A DNA stretch of 64,000 nucleotides, from NCBI GenBank assembly GCA_946497955.1, contig CAMMMH010000001.1, forward strand, positions 5,147 through 69,146. The letters run 5' to 3'. Made by a program: the position numbers and the translations under genes. Positions 20,875 to 32,166 of this stretch are shown here, piece by piece. Position 1 is the first letter of the stretch, and the number at the start of each line of letters is the position of its first letter. Under the pieces are notes generated by a model. That model had not been told where the DNA came from, did not search any database, and saw only the letters and a program-made list of their open reading frames with translations. This DNA is from an uncultured Mycoplasmatota bacterium (GTDB lineage: Bacteria; Bacillota_I; Bacilli_A; RF39; UBA660).

Positions 20875-20947
20875 AGTTTATGCAAATTTCTTTGACATAT
20901 TAATAATATCATAAATGTTAAATTTATGCAAGTATCCAACATATAAC

Positions 20948-22072
20948 TTATTTTTTCTGTTTAACATGTTTATTGGCATTATAATAGAAAACATTATCTT
21001 CATTATCTATATATGAAGGTATCCCTCTTTTAGCAAGAGCACTTTGAAATAATTCTAAATCTACTATTTCTGCAGGAAGTTCTTGATTATAAATTAAGCA
21101 AACAAAAGAAGGATTAGTTAAAGCTCTTTTATAAACAGCATCACCATATCTAGACATTAATTCTTCTTTTTTAAGTTCTAGCCCTCCTATGCCATACTCA
21201 GTTATTAAATTGTTAATTTTAGATAAATTATCAGAAATAGTTGTAGTTTTTTCTTCTACATCTCTTAAAAATTTAGTATATGCTAACTCTTGCTTTTCTA
21301 TTCTACTATTTATAGTATCTAAAAATTCTTTTTCTTCACAAATTCCTATTAAATCTTTAGCAGATAAGTAATAACCATTAGATAATAGAATAAGCTCCTC
21401 ATTATTAGCTTTCGCATATCCCAAATCATTAAAATCTTCACTATCATATGAGAAGTTTTTATTAGATTGGTCATTTCTAATTATTTCTCCATCATAGTTA
21501 ACAAATTCTTTAATTTTACCATCAATACCTAAATAACTAACTGCATTATTATATCCCAAACAATATACTTTAGATAAAGGATACTCTCCATTACTAAAGT
21601 CATTAACACCTAAGAAACCATTAAACCTATAATAAGAGCCTATCTCATATTCTTCTATAAACTTTTTTTCTTTAGGATTAAAATATCTAAAATTTCTATC
21701 TATCCAAGAAACCCTAGCATCTTTACCAACTATAGCATAGCCATACTCATTAAAGTCAGTGGCAATATCATATCTATATGGTAATAATTTATTATCTGCT
21801 TCTCTTACATAAGCATATTCTAAATTAGCAGTTTGCACTACTTTAAAGCCATTAACAAACTCCCTACTATCATCAATAATATCAAAAGATGCTGGAGGTC
21901 TAAGATATACACCATAATAATATGGTAATTCGATAGGCATATAAAGTTCACCATCTTTATCTTCGTTTATAACATAGCCATACTTTACTATTTCTTCCCC
22001 CTCAAACACTCTACTACCCTTAATACTTTTTATTTCTTTAGGTAACTTTACCATAATAATTCCTTCTTTCAT
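20948..22072 (-). CDS. hypothetical protein with repeated YGY/WG-like motifs
   Basis: Several (K/E)YGY(A/V)I...D segments reminiscent of WG-repeat proteins. Confidence 0.4.
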   Translation of the reverse strand: MKEGIIMVKLPKEIKSIKGSRVFEGEEIVKYGYVINEDKDGELYMPIELPYYYGVYLRPPASFDIIDDSREFVNGFKVVQTANLEYAYVREADNKLLPYRYDIATDFNEYGYAIVGKDARVSWIDRNFRYFNPKEKKFIEEYEIGSYYRFNGFLGVNDFSNGEYPLSKVYCLGYNNAVSYLGIDGKIKEFVNYDGEIIRNDQSNKNFSYDSEDFNDLGYAKANNEELILLSNGYYLSAKDLIGICEEKEFLDTINSRIEKQELAYTKFLRDVEEKTTTISDNLSKINNLITEYGIGGLELKKEELMSRYGDAVYKRALTNPSFVCLIYNQELPAEIVDLELFQSALAKRGIPSYIDNEDNVFYYNANKHVKQKK

Positions 22073-22083
22073 ATTTTCTTATT

Positions 22084-24282
22084 CTACAAATGTATTGGAT
22101 TAAAGTCAACATCTAAATTAACTTTATTAATAGTAGCATAATACTCTACTAGTTTTTCTAAGACTTCATGGATATTATCTTGATACTGATATTTTAATAT
22201 TAATTGGTAGTAATAAATGTTCTGCTTTTTAAAGATAGATGCAGGGCTAGGTCCTAAAATAACAGTTTTATCTAGATATTTATGACAGACTTTCTCACAC
22301 TTCTTCGCTTCTATTAAAGCTAACTTACTATCTTTACTAGAGATACTTAATGATACAAGATAATAGTAAGGAGGATATTTCATTAACTTTCTTACTTTCA
22401 TCTCTTCTTTATAAAAGGATTTATAATCATTCTCCTTAGCACAGTTTATTGCATAATTATCTTCATTAAATGTTTGAAAGATAACTTTACCTGCCTTATC
22501 ACTTCTACCAGCTCTTCCTGCTACTTGACTAAGTAAATCAAATGTTTTTTCACTACTCCTAAAGTCAGGAAGCATAAGTGAGGTATCAGCATTTATTACC
22601 CCTACCAAAGTAACATTAGGAAAGTCAAGGCCTTTAGCAACCATCTGAGTACCTAGTAAGATATCTGCTTCCCCTCTTGCAAAAGCATCAACTATCTTTT
22701 TATGAGCTCCTTTTCTACTAGTAGTATCAACATCCATTCTAAGAACTCTTGCAGTAGGAAAAATACTTTTTATCTCTTCTTCTACCTTCTCTGTTCCAAC
22801 ACCTAAATCTTTTAAAGACTTTTCATGACACTTAGGACAAGTAACAACATAGTTAGTAGCATAACCACAATAATGACATCTTAAGATATTACTACTTTTG
22901 TGATATGTTAAAGTTATATCACAGTTAGGACATTTAACAGACTCACCACAATTAGAACAAGTAACAAAAGATGAATAACCACGTCTATTTAATAGAAGTA
23001 TTACTTGTTCTCCTCTTTCGATAGTCTTATTAATTTTATCTATTAAAGGTAGTGAAAAATGTCCTTTAGCCTTACCTACTTCTTTATTCATATCAATTAA
23101 CTCTACTTTAGGTAACTCTTTACCATTAACTCTTTTTTCTAATGTTACTAGATTAAAGACATTTTTTAAGCCTCTAGCATACTCTTCTAACATAGGTGTG
23201 GCACTACCAAGTACTACTTTAGACCCTAAATCTTTCGCTCTTTTAATCGCCACATCTTTAGCATTATATCTAGGATTATTATCTTGTTTATAAGAATCAC
23301 TATGACACTCATCTATAATAATAAGTCCAAGATTTTTTAAAGGAGCAAAGACAGCACTTCTAGCACCTATTACGATATCTACTTCACCTTTTACAATTCT
23401 TCTATATTCATCATACTTCTCTCCATCTGATAAGGCACTATGTAAAAGGGCTATATTACTTCCAAATCTTTCTTCAAAGCGTTTAATTAACTGAGGAGTT
23501 AGGGATATTTCTGGTACTAAAACAATACTTTTTAAGCCTTTCTTTAAATACTTATCGATTAACTCCATATATACTTCTGTCTTACCACTACCAGTAACAC
23601 CATATAATAAAGATACTGTGTTTTTAGTATTTAAAATATTATTTACTGCCTCTTCCTGCAAAGAAGTTAACTTTCTTACTTTTCTTTCACTTTTCTCATA
23701 ATCTAATCTATAAACTTCTTCCTCTTCTACTCTTAAAATATTGTTTTTAACTAAGGTATTAAGAATAGATATAGAGACATCTTTTAACTCTTCTCTACTT
23801 AACTTCTCTTTACCATTAAACTTCTCTACAACCTCTTGTTGTTTATCCGTTAATTTCTTATCATAAGCATTTAAATAATATACTTTTTGATATTTCTTAT
23901 TAACCTTACCCTTAATACTAGCTTTAAACCCTTTAGGAAGCATAACTTGATAACAGCTAATTAAAGATGCTAAAGTTGTCTCTTTTAAATATTTACCAAG
24001 TTCTAATAACTCTTCCGTAAGTATTACTTCTTCATCTAAAACTTCTTCTATTTCTTTTAATTTATCTACATCACTTTTTTTATCTTTTTCTAAAACAAAT
24101 CCTACTAGAGTTCTATTACCAAAAGGAACCTTTACTCTTTTGCCTACTTCTATTAAAGGTTCTAAACTTTTAGGAACACTATAGTCAAAGATTCTATCTA
24201 CACTTTTACTAGTTATCTCTACTAATACACCTACTACCAAGTTATCACTTCCTCTCTTGTTAAAACTTTGTTCGCAAAACAA
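22084..24282 (-). CDS. priA: primosomal protein N' (PriA helicase)
   Basis: GVTGSGKTEVY Walker A, DECH Walker B, Cys-rich zinc-binding insert. Confidence 0.9.
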   Translation of the reverse strand: MFCEQSFNKRGSDNLVVGVLVEITSKSVDRIFDYSVPKSLEPLIEVGKRVKVPFGNRTLVGFVLEKDKKSDVDKLKEIEEVLDEEVILTEELLELGKYLKETTLASLISCYQVMLPKGFKASIKGKVNKKYQKVYYLNAYDKKLTDKQQEVVEKFNGKEKLSREELKDVSISILNTLVKNNILRVEEEEVYRLDYEKSERKVRKLTSLQEEAVNNILNTKNTVSLLYGVTGSGKTEVYMELIDKYLKKGLKSIVLVPEISLTPQLIKRFEERFGSNIALLHSALSDGEKYDEYRRIVKGEVDIVIGARSAVFAPLKNLGLIIIDECHSDSYKQDNNPRYNAKDVAIKRAKDLGSKVVLGSATPMLEEYARGLKNVFNLVTLEKRVNGKELPKVELIDMNKEVGKAKGHFSLPLIDKINKTIERGEQVILLLNRRGYSSFVTCSNCGESVKCPNCDITLTYHKSSNILRCHYCGYATNYVVTCPKCHEKSLKDLGVGTEKVEEEIKSIFPTARVLRMDVDTTSRKGAHKKIVDAFARGEADILLGTQMVAKGLDFPNVTLVGVINADTSLMLPDFRSSEKTFDLLSQVAGRAGRSDKAGKVIFQTFNEDNYAINCAKENDYKSFYKEEMKVRKLMKYPPYYYLVSLSISSKDSKLALIEAKKCEKVCHKYLDKTVILGPSPASIFKKQNIYYYQLILKYQYQDNIHEVLEKLVEYYATINKVNLDVDFNPIHL

Positions 24283-24297
24283 TTTAAAGAAAAAGGC

Positions 24298-25452
24298 CTA
24301 TGCGAATAAGGCCATATATACTAAGAAACCAAAGAATATCAAACTAACAATAAGCCCATTGACTTTTTCAAAGCTACTACTCTTATATTTAACACCTACT
24401 CCTATCATCATGGAAAACCCTCCAAGTAATCCTCCTATATGAGCGGCATTATCAATACCCGGTACCATAAAGCCAAGTAATAAGTTAATAACTATCAATG
24501 GGATAATTTGACTCTTAATAACAGTACCTAAATAGATGCGATAATGATATCCAAAGTAAAGTAAGGCTCCAAGTAAACCAAATATCGCTCCACTTGCTCC
24601 TACACTTAAAGCATCAGGTGTTACTACTACTGATAATAAAGAACCACAGATAGCACTAAACAGATAAACTACTAAGAATCTCCATTTACCAATAAAGCTT
24701 TCTAACTGCATTCCTATAATCCATAAAGCATACATATTGAATAAGAGATGGGCAATATTAGCATGTACGAAAGCTGCTGTTATTAATCTATAATATTCTC
24801 CCATCTTAACAAATGGTCCATAACTACCTAAATATGCTACTGCTATATCAGAATTACTTAAAAGCATAGGAATAAAGAACACTAATATATTAATTATAAT
24901 TAAAGCATAAGTAACAATTGGTTTCTTAGGTGCAAAAACATCAGCAACCCTTTCTTGGTCCTTTTGATTATGTTTATTAATATCATTAGTTACTTTAATA
25001 AATAAATCTATTCCCTCTTCACTAAATTTAAGCTTACGAGATAAATCAGGAAAAATAGACTTTAATAATTTATTCTTCTTAACATCAGCATCTTCATGTA
25101 CTTCCACTGCTGTTATATTATCAGTCTTAAAATCATCTAAATTAACCGCTCCACCTAAATCTAAGAAAATACTAAGAGTATTTAATTTAAATGATAAAGT
25201 CTTTTTCTTTATTTTTCTTAAGATTCTATTAGTCTTAAATATATCAAATTTATATTGTTCATCATTATGAATATATCTCATTACTAATCTAACGACTTTA
25301 TAATCTTCATCTAGGTTTTCAAGCCAAATCTCATCTTCAGCTCCTTGTAATATTATAGGAGTATAACCTTTTTCTGTAATAAAGTAATGAAGAAGCTTCA
25401 TCGCTAGAGTATTTTTCTCATTCATATCTATAACATGTTCTTCCATAGACAT
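24298..25452 (-). CDS. rhomboid family intramembrane serine protease with N-terminal cytoplasmic domain
   Basis: GASGAIFGLLGA (GxSG) and AAHIGGLLGG catalytic His motifs in a 6-TM core. Confidence 0.8.
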   Translation of the reverse strand: MSMEEHVIDMNEKNTLAMKLLHYFITEKGYTPIILQGAEDEIWLENLDEDYKVVRLVMRYIHNDEQYKFDIFKTNRILRKIKKKTLSFKLNTLSIFLDLGGAVNLDDFKTDNITAVEVHEDADVKKNKLLKSIFPDLSRKLKFSEEGIDLFIKVTNDINKHNQKDQERVADVFAPKKPIVTYALIIINILVFFIPMLLSNSDIAVAYLGSYGPFVKMGEYYRLITAAFVHANIAHLLFNMYALWIIGMQLESFIGKWRFLVVYLFSAICGSLLSVVVTPDALSVGASGAIFGLLGALLYFGYHYRIYLGTVIKSQIIPLIVINLLLGFMVPGIDNAAHIGGLLGGFSMMIGVGVKYKSSSFEKVNGLIVSLIFFGFLVYMALFA

Positions 25453-25507
25453 CGCCCCTCGCTATATATTTTAACATATTTTATATAAGAAATAAACACA
25501 TTCTAAA

Positions 25508-26215
25508 TCAATTAGATATCCTACTAATTAAATCACTAACATTATCAATAACTCTATCAGTAACAGAAACTAATTCTTTACAAGAATTCCTAACTCTATA
25601 GCCATTATAATCTCTAATCATCTCTATATCATTAATACCATCACCAATAGTATAGACATTTTTCTTTACTATTTCTTCTTTATCTAATATCTTATCTATC
25701 ATCAAAGACTTGCTAGCTTCACTTGAAACAACTTCCACTAAATAATGATTATCTTCACTTATAAAATAACTTTTTATATTAGTATAACTTTTATCTATAT
25801 AATTTTTAACTTCTAAAGCTTTATCATAACTATATAGTTTTAACATTATTTTAACTATATTTAAAGTATCTGTTACATTTTTATCAAATGCACTAATCAA
25901 TATCACATCATAGATATCTTTATCATTATTTGCATACTCTAAAATACTATCAACTAACTCTTTATCCAAAGTAAATACTTTAATAATCTCTAAGTCTTTA
26001 GATAATAGCAAGGCTCCATGATTTAAAATTAAATAATCATAAGGTATCTCATATTTATCTATCTTTTGTTTTAAATCAACATAGCTTCTCCCTGTAGCAA
26101 GTACAAAAAGATTATCTAAAGTTCTAAATTCATTTACTTTATCTATATTTTTCTTTATATCTCTATCATTTTGATAAAATGTTCCATCATAATCACTTAT
26201 TAGTATCTTCTTCAT
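25508..26215 (-). CDS. Cof-type HAD-IIB hydrolase
   Basis: LISDYDGTF N-terminal motif, GDGINDIEM C-terminal motif. Confidence 0.7.
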   Translation of the reverse strand: MKKILISDYDGTFYQNDRDIKKNIDKVNEFRTLDNLFVLATGRSYVDLKQKIDKYEIPYDYLILNHGALLLSKDLEIIKVFTLDKELVDSILEYANNDKDIYDVILISAFDKNVTDTLNIVKIMLKLYSYDKALEVKNYIDKSYTNIKSYFISEDNHYLVEVVSSEASKSLMIDKILDKEEIVKKNVYTIGDGINDIEMIRDYNGYRVRNSCKELVSVTDRVIDNVSDLISRISN

Positions 26216-26621
26216 AATTCCAAATACCTAACTTTCCTTTAGCAAATATAGGGTTATCTAATACTTCAATATCTTTTAATATCCAGGCATATCTTCCCAG
26301 TCTATAATCACCACAGATAAACTCTAGACTATCTTTTTTTATTTTATCTAAAAACTCTTCATCCATATAGACACAGTCTACTAATTTACATTTACAAACG
26401 ATTAATCCAAAATTCAACTCATTAACATCAACAAGGCTCATCAACTTTTTATTATTCTTCCACTCTTTAGGTATCTTAGTAGAACTAGCATGAATATATA
26501 ACTCTCCCCTGTAATTAGTTTTAAAGCTTCTTGTCTCTATTTTCTTTTTACCTAATTTTATTAAAGTTGCATATGGTTCAGTTAAACTTAATACTTTCAC
26601 TTTATAATTCCCCCATGACAT
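26193..26621 (-). CDS. ASCH (PUA-like) domain protein
   Basis: ...IETRSFKTNYRGELYIHASS... pattern typical of the ASCH fold. Confidence 0.5.
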   Translation of the reverse strand: MSWGNYKVKVLSLTEPYATLIKLGKKKIETRSFKTNYRGELYIHASSTKIPKEWKNNKKLMSLVDVNELNFGLIVCKCKLVDCVYMDEEFLDKIKKDSLEFICGDYRLGRYAWILKDIEVLDNPIFAKGKLGIWNYEEDTNK

Positions 26622-27070
26622 TTTAATTCATATATTAGCTTTTTATCTTTATATATTTGTTCAGTACCTACAAAGTTTTCCATATCTCCATCTACATTAA
26701 AAATATAAAGATAATCTTCATTTATAAATTCTTTAGGTCCTCTAACAGGAATGACTTCCTTATCTTCTCCTACTTTCATAAGAGCAACTCTTAAGACTTT
26801 GTCCATCACTTCTTCAGTTAGACTATCATCTATTGTAACTCCATAATAATTCATACCCCATAGGATATCATTATTATAATAAACTACTTCTTCGCCCATA
26901 AACTTAACTCCACCAAAATAAGTATCATGATAAGTAAAATTGCCATCTGTAAACTCATAATCTTTTGACTTTAATCTACTAGGTAAAACTTTAGGGGCAT
27001 CACTATTAGCATAAGTACTCTTCTTTGCTTTCACTAAAAACTCTAAAAATTCTTTGTTATTTACATTCAT
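26597..27070 (-). CDS. hypothetical protein
   Basis: 157-aa ORF, no motif recognised. Confidence 0.4.
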   Translation of the reverse strand: MNVNNKEFLEFLVKAKKSTYANSDAPKVLPSRLKSKDYEFTDGNFTYHDTYFGGVKFMGEEVVYYNNDILWGMNYYGVTIDDSLTEEVMDKVLRVALMKVGEDKEVIPVRGPKEFINEDYLYIFNVDGDMENFVGTEQIYKDKKLIYELKCHGGIIK

Positions 27071-27091
27071 ATTTTATTCCTCACATTTTTC

Positions 27092-27520
27092 TTACTTTTT
27101 GTCTAACCAATAATAAGGTTGTAATTCTTCTAAAGTTTTAAATACAACACTGTTATCTTTTGTAGAGATAGCACACTTTACACCTTTGCCAAAGTAAAAT
27201 AATCTTTCTTGGCATATCCCACATGGAGATAATATTTCATAAGGTGTATCATCTTTTTGCCTACAAACACATAAAGAATGTGTAACTTTCTTATTCAATT
27301 TATGAGCTTCACATATTGCTCCAGTTTCAGCACATAGATAAGCACTATCATTTTTCTCTTCATCCCAAACAGAAATTAAATAATCGCCTGTTTCTATCCT
27401 TAATACTGCTACACCACCTGCTTTATTTTCACCATATCTATAATTCAAAAAATCTAAAGCTTTATTAAACATTTCCTTACCAATATTAATATCTATATTT
27501 TTATCTTTCATTTTTTTCAC
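27092..27520 (-). CDS. cytidine/deoxycytidylate deaminase-family zinc enzyme
   Basis: CAE and PCGICQ zinc-ligand motifs. Confidence 0.6.
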   Translation of the reverse strand: MKKMKDKNIDINIGKEMFNKALDFLNYRYGENKAGGVAVLRIETGDYLISVWDEEKNDSAYLCAETGAICEAHKLNKKVTHSLCVCRQKDDTPYEILSPCGICQERLFYFGKGVKCAISTKDNSVVFKTLEELQPYYWLDKK

Positions 27521-27732
27521 ACTCCAAATATTTTAATAATTTACAATATTTTATTCTTAACTTTAGTATTATTACTTTAATTATAATTTAATATTAATCT
27601 ATTAAATATAAAAAGGCTAGCCCTCTTTGACTAACCTTGTAAAATGTCTAACGACACCTGACATTAGTATAAAGCATTTCTGCTCCTGTACTTATATACT
27701 ACACTAAACATTATATATTAGTCAAAAGTTTT

Positions 27733-28623
27733 TTATTTATTCTCTAAACTCTTTAAATAATCTAAGAACTCACGAGGAGGTTCTTGCTCAAAATATAACT
27801 CTTTACCTGTAATAGGATGAACAAATCTAATACTCTTAGAGTGTAACATTTGTCCAAACTCTGTTGTATTTTTATGATTACCATATAAAGGGTCATTACT
27901 AACTGGGTGTTTGATGTAATTAAGATGTACTCTTATCTGATGAGTTCTACCTGTCTCTAAGATACATTCTATTAAGGTATTATTCTTAAATCTTTTTAAT
28001 ACTCTAAAATTAGTTATTGCCTCTTTACTATTATGAGCGGTTACTGCCATCTTTTGTCTATTATTTTCATCCCTTCCAATAGGAGCATCAATAGTACCAG
28101 TCTCATGTAAAATAACTCCATCTACTATCGCAAGATAATGTCTTTCTATTTTTTTATTTTTAATCATCTCACTAAGTAATTCCATAGTTTTAGCATCCTT
28201 TGCCACTACCATTAGACCACTTGTATCTTTATCAAGCCGGTGAACAATACCTGGTCTAAAGGTGCCATCTTTACTTACTTTAGAGTGATAAATAAGAGCA
28301 TTAACTAAAGTATCTGTAACATGCCCTGGGGCCGGATGAACTACAAGTCCACTTTGTTTATTAATGATTAGTAAGTACTCATCTTCATAAACAATATCAA
28401 GAGGAATATTAGTAGGTTGTAAGTCGTCTAGATTTATCTCTTCATCAACACTAACTTCAATAATATCTCCTATTTTTACTTTATAACTAGCATTTTTCTC
28501 TTTACCATTTACAAGTACTTTATTATCACTAATTAACTTAGACACTCTACTCCTAGATAAATCACTATTACTTGCAATATAACTATCTAGTCTATTTCCT
28601 TCACTACTTACTTCTAACTTCAT
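27733..28623 (-). CDS. rluD: 23S rRNA pseudouridine synthase, RluA/RluD family
   Basis: N-terminal S4 domain, HRLDKDTSGLMVVAK catalytic motif. Confidence 0.85.
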   Translation of the reverse strand: MKLEVSSEGNRLDSYIASNSDLSRSRVSKLISDNKVLVNGKEKNASYKVKIGDIIEVSVDEEINLDDLQPTNIPLDIVYEDEYLLIINKQSGLVVHPAPGHVTDTLVNALIYHSKVSKDGTFRPGIVHRLDKDTSGLMVVAKDAKTMELLSEMIKNKKIERHYLAIVDGVILHETGTIDAPIGRDENNRQKMAVTAHNSKEAITNFRVLKRFKNNTLIECILETGRTHQIRVHLNYIKHPVSNDPLYGNHKNTTEFGQMLHSKSIRFVHPITGKELYFEQEPPREFLDYLKSLENK

Positions 28624-29083
28624 CTTTTTTACCTCTTTCTTTTAATATTTCTTTTATTATTACGATAATTATTCCAACAACTATTAGGATATCGGCAAAG
28701 TTAAAGATAGGATAGTTATATCCTAGTATTTTAAATGATAAATAATCTACTATATAACCATCTATTAATCTATCTATAAAATTACCTAATAATCCTGCTA
28801 AGACTAAAGAGTAACCAATAGAAAGGACTCTATCATCCAAGTTATTCTTTAACTCATAAATTATAAAGAACAAACAAATTATAGCGATAAGTATTAATAG
28901 ATAAGTTCTACTTGCAAATAGAGAAAATGCCGCCCCATCATTTAAAACATAAGTTAGAGAAAAGAAGTTATCTATAATATTAACAGTTGTTAAATAACTA
29001 CTAACTAAATATTTTAAACCTAAATCTAATCCTAATAAAACTATAACTAATAAACTCGATAAAATAATATTACTCTTCTTCAT
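28604..29083 (-). CDS. lspA: lipoprotein signal peptidase II
   Basis: 4-TM protein with NFFSLTYVLNDGAAFS and FNFADI motifs. Confidence 0.85.
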   Translation of the reverse strand: MKKSNIILSSLLVIVLLGLDLGLKYLVSSYLTTVNIIDNFFSLTYVLNDGAAFSLFASRTYLLILIAIICLFFIIYELKNNLDDRVLSIGYSLVLAGLLGNFIDRLIDGYIVDYLSFKILGYNYPIFNFADILIVVGIIIVIIKEILKERGKKDEVRSK

Positions 29084-32039
29084 TTTCTCTCCTTACATAC
29101 TCTACTTTACTAACGACTAACTGTAACTCATCATACCTTTTCTCTACTGTTCCTGTAAATATACAAATGTCTCCTTTTTTAATATCCATATTATTTTTAT
29201 ATACTCTAGGGAAGAAGATAAAATCAATAGAACCTGTCTCATCACTAGCAGTTATGAAAGCCATATCTTCATTTTTCTTAGTCTTAATCGCTTTAACTTT
29301 CTCTACCATTACCATTGCACTAACTATTCTATTAAAGTAATTACTTAAATTATTAATACTAATAATATTTTGATACTTACTTTTATAAGCAGTTACAGGA
29401 TGATTACTGATATAAAAACCAAAACACTCTATCTCTTGTTCTAATAAAACACTACTTTGGAATTCATTATTAATGATAATCTCTGGTTTCAAGACTAAAC
29501 TCTCATCTAAATCTATAGTTAAACTACCATAATTAACAAGACTATCTAAATTAGTAATAAGTGTCTTTTTATTATAGCCTAAATTTCTAAAGGCATCTGC
29601 ATTTATTAAAGACTCTAATTGTTTTTTGGTAACCCCTCCTCTAACTAACTTAGAGAAAGCATCATATATATCAGTAAACTCTTTGTCTCTTGCCTTTAAC
29701 ACTAAACTTGAAACACTTGTCCCTACACCCTTAATAGTAGAAAAAGGAAAGATAATGTTATTATTATCTATAACAAATCTATTAGTACTTTTATTAATAT
29801 CAGGTTTTAAGACTTTTAGATTATGACTTCTAACTTCTCTTATATATTCTTGCATCTTTCCTGCCGCTCCAATGACATTATTAAGCAAATTAGCATAGAA
29901 CTCTAACTTATAATGTACTTTTAAATAAGCCATTTTATAAGCGACAAGCGAATAAGCAACAGCATGAGATTTATTAAAACCATAACCTGCAAACTTAAGG
30001 ATACTTGCAAATATTGTCTTAGAAGTAGCATCATCATGTCCTAAGGCTTTCGCTTTACTTATGAACTTACTCTCTTCGTTCTTTAAAACATCTACCTTTT
30101 TCTTACTAATCGCCCTTCTTAAAATATCGGCTTCTCCTAAAGAATAACCTGCATAAGCATGAGCTACTTGCATTATCTGCTCTTGATATATCATAATACC
30201 ATAAGTCTCTTTTAAGATAGGCTCTAATACTTTATCTTGATAAATAACTTTCTCTCTTCCTTCACGTCTTGCAATATATAAATCAATATTCTCAGCAGGT
30301 CCAGGTCTAAATAAGGCAATCGCTGCAATTAAATCATCAAAACTACTAGGTTTAAGCTTTCTTAAGAAGCTTCTCATTCCATTAGATTCAAACTGGAAAA
30401 TACCACTTGTATCACTTCGTGCAAAAAGATTATAAACCTCGCTATCATCTAAAGGAATAGTATTAAAGTCAATCTCAACTCCCCTATTTTTTAAAACCAT
30501 ATCTATAACGTTCATAATAATAGTTAAGTTCCTAATTCCAAGAAAGTCCATCTTTAATAGACCTAACTCTTCTAAATAATTCATAGAGTATCCCGTTAAG
30601 TACATATCATCACTTTTAGTTAGGGGAATGACTTCATCTAAGTCTTTTTTACACATAACAATACCCGCTGCATGTGTCCCAATCTGTCTTGGAAAACCTT
30701 CAATAATAGATGATACTTTATAAACTTTAGATAATACTTCATCACTATTTATATATTCTCTAAACTTTTCATTTTCTTTATAAAAATCAATTAACTTTCT
30801 ATGCGACATAACAGGAATAAAAGATGTTAGTCTATCTACTTTATATAAAGGCACATTAAAAATACGAGAAGTATCTCTTAATACTTGTTTAGCAGCAAGA
30901 GTACCGAAGGTAACAATACCAGATACTCTTTTTTTACCATATTTTTCAGTAACATAATTAATAATATCATCTCTATATATATCAGGTATATCTGTATCTA
31001 TATCAGGCATAGTCTTACGTTCAGGATTTAAAAATCTTTCAAATAGTAAGTTATACTTTAAAGGGTCTATTTCTGTAATACCAAGAGAGTATGCTACTAA
31101 ACTACCTGCCGCACTACCCCTACCAGGTCCTACTAATATTCCTTTCTTTTTAGCATATCTAATAAAGTCATAAACAACAAGAAAGTAGTTAGCAAAGCCC
31201 ATATTATTAATGATATTAAGTTCATAACTTAATCTATCAAGATACTCCTTAGAAACATTATTATTAAGTCTTTTAGTAAGTCCTGCCCTAGCAAGAGAAA
31301 TTAAATAGATAGATGAATCTACTCCTTTAGGGCATTCATATATAGGTAGTAATAAACTAGGCTTAGGAAACTCTAAATTACATTCATCTACTATCTTCAA
31401 AGTATTAAGAAGTCCTATATTATCATAAGTATTAATAACATCAGTAACTTCTAACTCTTTATTTAAAATATCATAACTAATATTATCATTTATAGTCTTA
31501 CCATCACGAATTAAATATAAATATTTTAAATAGTTACTATACTCCTTACTCTTATATAAACAAGGCTTTAAATAAACTATATCTTTAGTAATAATTAAAG
31601 CCTCACTTTCTTCTTTCTTATTACTAAAGCCAAGATAAATATCCTTAATTTTATCTCTATATTCTAAGTAAAAATCTAAACTAGAATAAGGCACTAAAAA
31701 GAAAAGATTATCTTTATAGTTAATAATATCTTCTAAAGTTATACTATTATCATTTACTCTTGTACATATTTTAATTAGATTAAGGTAACCTTGATAATTT
31801 TTTATATATAATAAGATTTTATAATTATTAATAGAAACTTCTAAACCAACAACAGGTTTTATGTTCTTAAGATTACACTTCTTAATAAACTCCATTGTTC
31901 CATACATATTATCATCACAAATAACAGCACTAGTTCTATTATTTTTAATGTTGTAATCTATAATATCATCTATTGTTAAAAGACTAGATAAAAGAGAGTA
32001 ATTACTCTTAACATAAAGCATATTGAACATAACAATCAC
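29070..32039 (-). CDS. dnaE: DNA polymerase III alpha subunit (DnaE type)
   Basis: N-terminal PHP domain, polymerase core motifs (GTHAAGIV, PDIDTD). Confidence 0.9.
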   Translation of the reverse strand: MIVMFNMLYVKSNYSLLSSLLTIDDIIDYNIKNNRTSAVICDDNMYGTMEFIKKCNLKNIKPVVGLEVSINNYKILLYIKNYQGYLNLIKICTRVNDNSITLEDIINYKDNLFFLVPYSSLDFYLEYRDKIKDIYLGFSNKKEESEALIITKDIVYLKPCLYKSKEYSNYLKYLYLIRDGKTINDNISYDILNKELEVTDVINTYDNIGLLNTLKIVDECNLEFPKPSLLLPIYECPKGVDSSIYLISLARAGLTKRLNNNVSKEYLDRLSYELNIINNMGFANYFLVVYDFIRYAKKKGILVGPGRGSAAGSLVAYSLGITEIDPLKYNLLFERFLNPERKTMPDIDTDIPDIYRDDIINYVTEKYGKKRVSGIVTFGTLAAKQVLRDTSRIFNVPLYKVDRLTSFIPVMSHRKLIDFYKENEKFREYINSDEVLSKVYKVSSIIEGFPRQIGTHAAGIVMCKKDLDEVIPLTKSDDMYLTGYSMNYLEELGLLKMDFLGIRNLTIIMNVIDMVLKNRGVEIDFNTIPLDDSEVYNLFARSDTSGIFQFESNGMRSFLRKLKPSSFDDLIAAIALFRPGPAENIDLYIARREGREKVIYQDKVLEPILKETYGIMIYQEQIMQVAHAYAGYSLGEADILRRAISKKKVDVLKNEESKFISKAKALGHDDATSKTIFASILKFAGYGFNKSHAVAYSLVAYKMAYLKVHYKLEFYANLLNNVIGAAGKMQEYIREVRSHNLKVLKPDINKSTNRFVIDNNNIIFPFSTIKGVGTSVSSLVLKARDKEFTDIYDAFSKLVRGGVTKKQLESLINADAFRNLGYNKKTLITNLDSLVNYGSLTIDLDESLVLKPEIIINNEFQSSVLLEQEIECFGFYISNHPVTAYKSKYQNIISINNLSNYFNRIVSAMVMVEKVKAIKTKKNEDMAFITASDETGSIDFIFFPRVYKNNMDIKKGDICIFTGTVEKRYDELQLVVSKVEYVRRENEEE

Positions 32040-32166
32040 TCTCCTTTCTTCTTTTATATCATACAGATGTATGTAGAGTCAATATTTTTATGCGATTTTA
32101 TTTGACTTTATACCATAAATATGGTAAAGTTATAAAGCAGAAACGTTTAGTAAAGGAGGAATTATT

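Noticed and set aside
21189-21371. Short ORFs opposite or overlapping real genes (21189-21371, 24257-24442, 34273-34476, 37876-38073, 38025-38234, 39603-39791, 47910-48110, 48456-48716, 48985-49179, 51086-51346, 53342-53533, 57672-57890, 61015-61213, 62046-62228)
   Set aside because: All lie inside and antisense to (or overlap in the wrong frame) longer ORFs with recognisable domains; no RBS support
29626-29826. + strand 66-aa ORF inside dnaE
   Set aside because: Antisense shadow ORF
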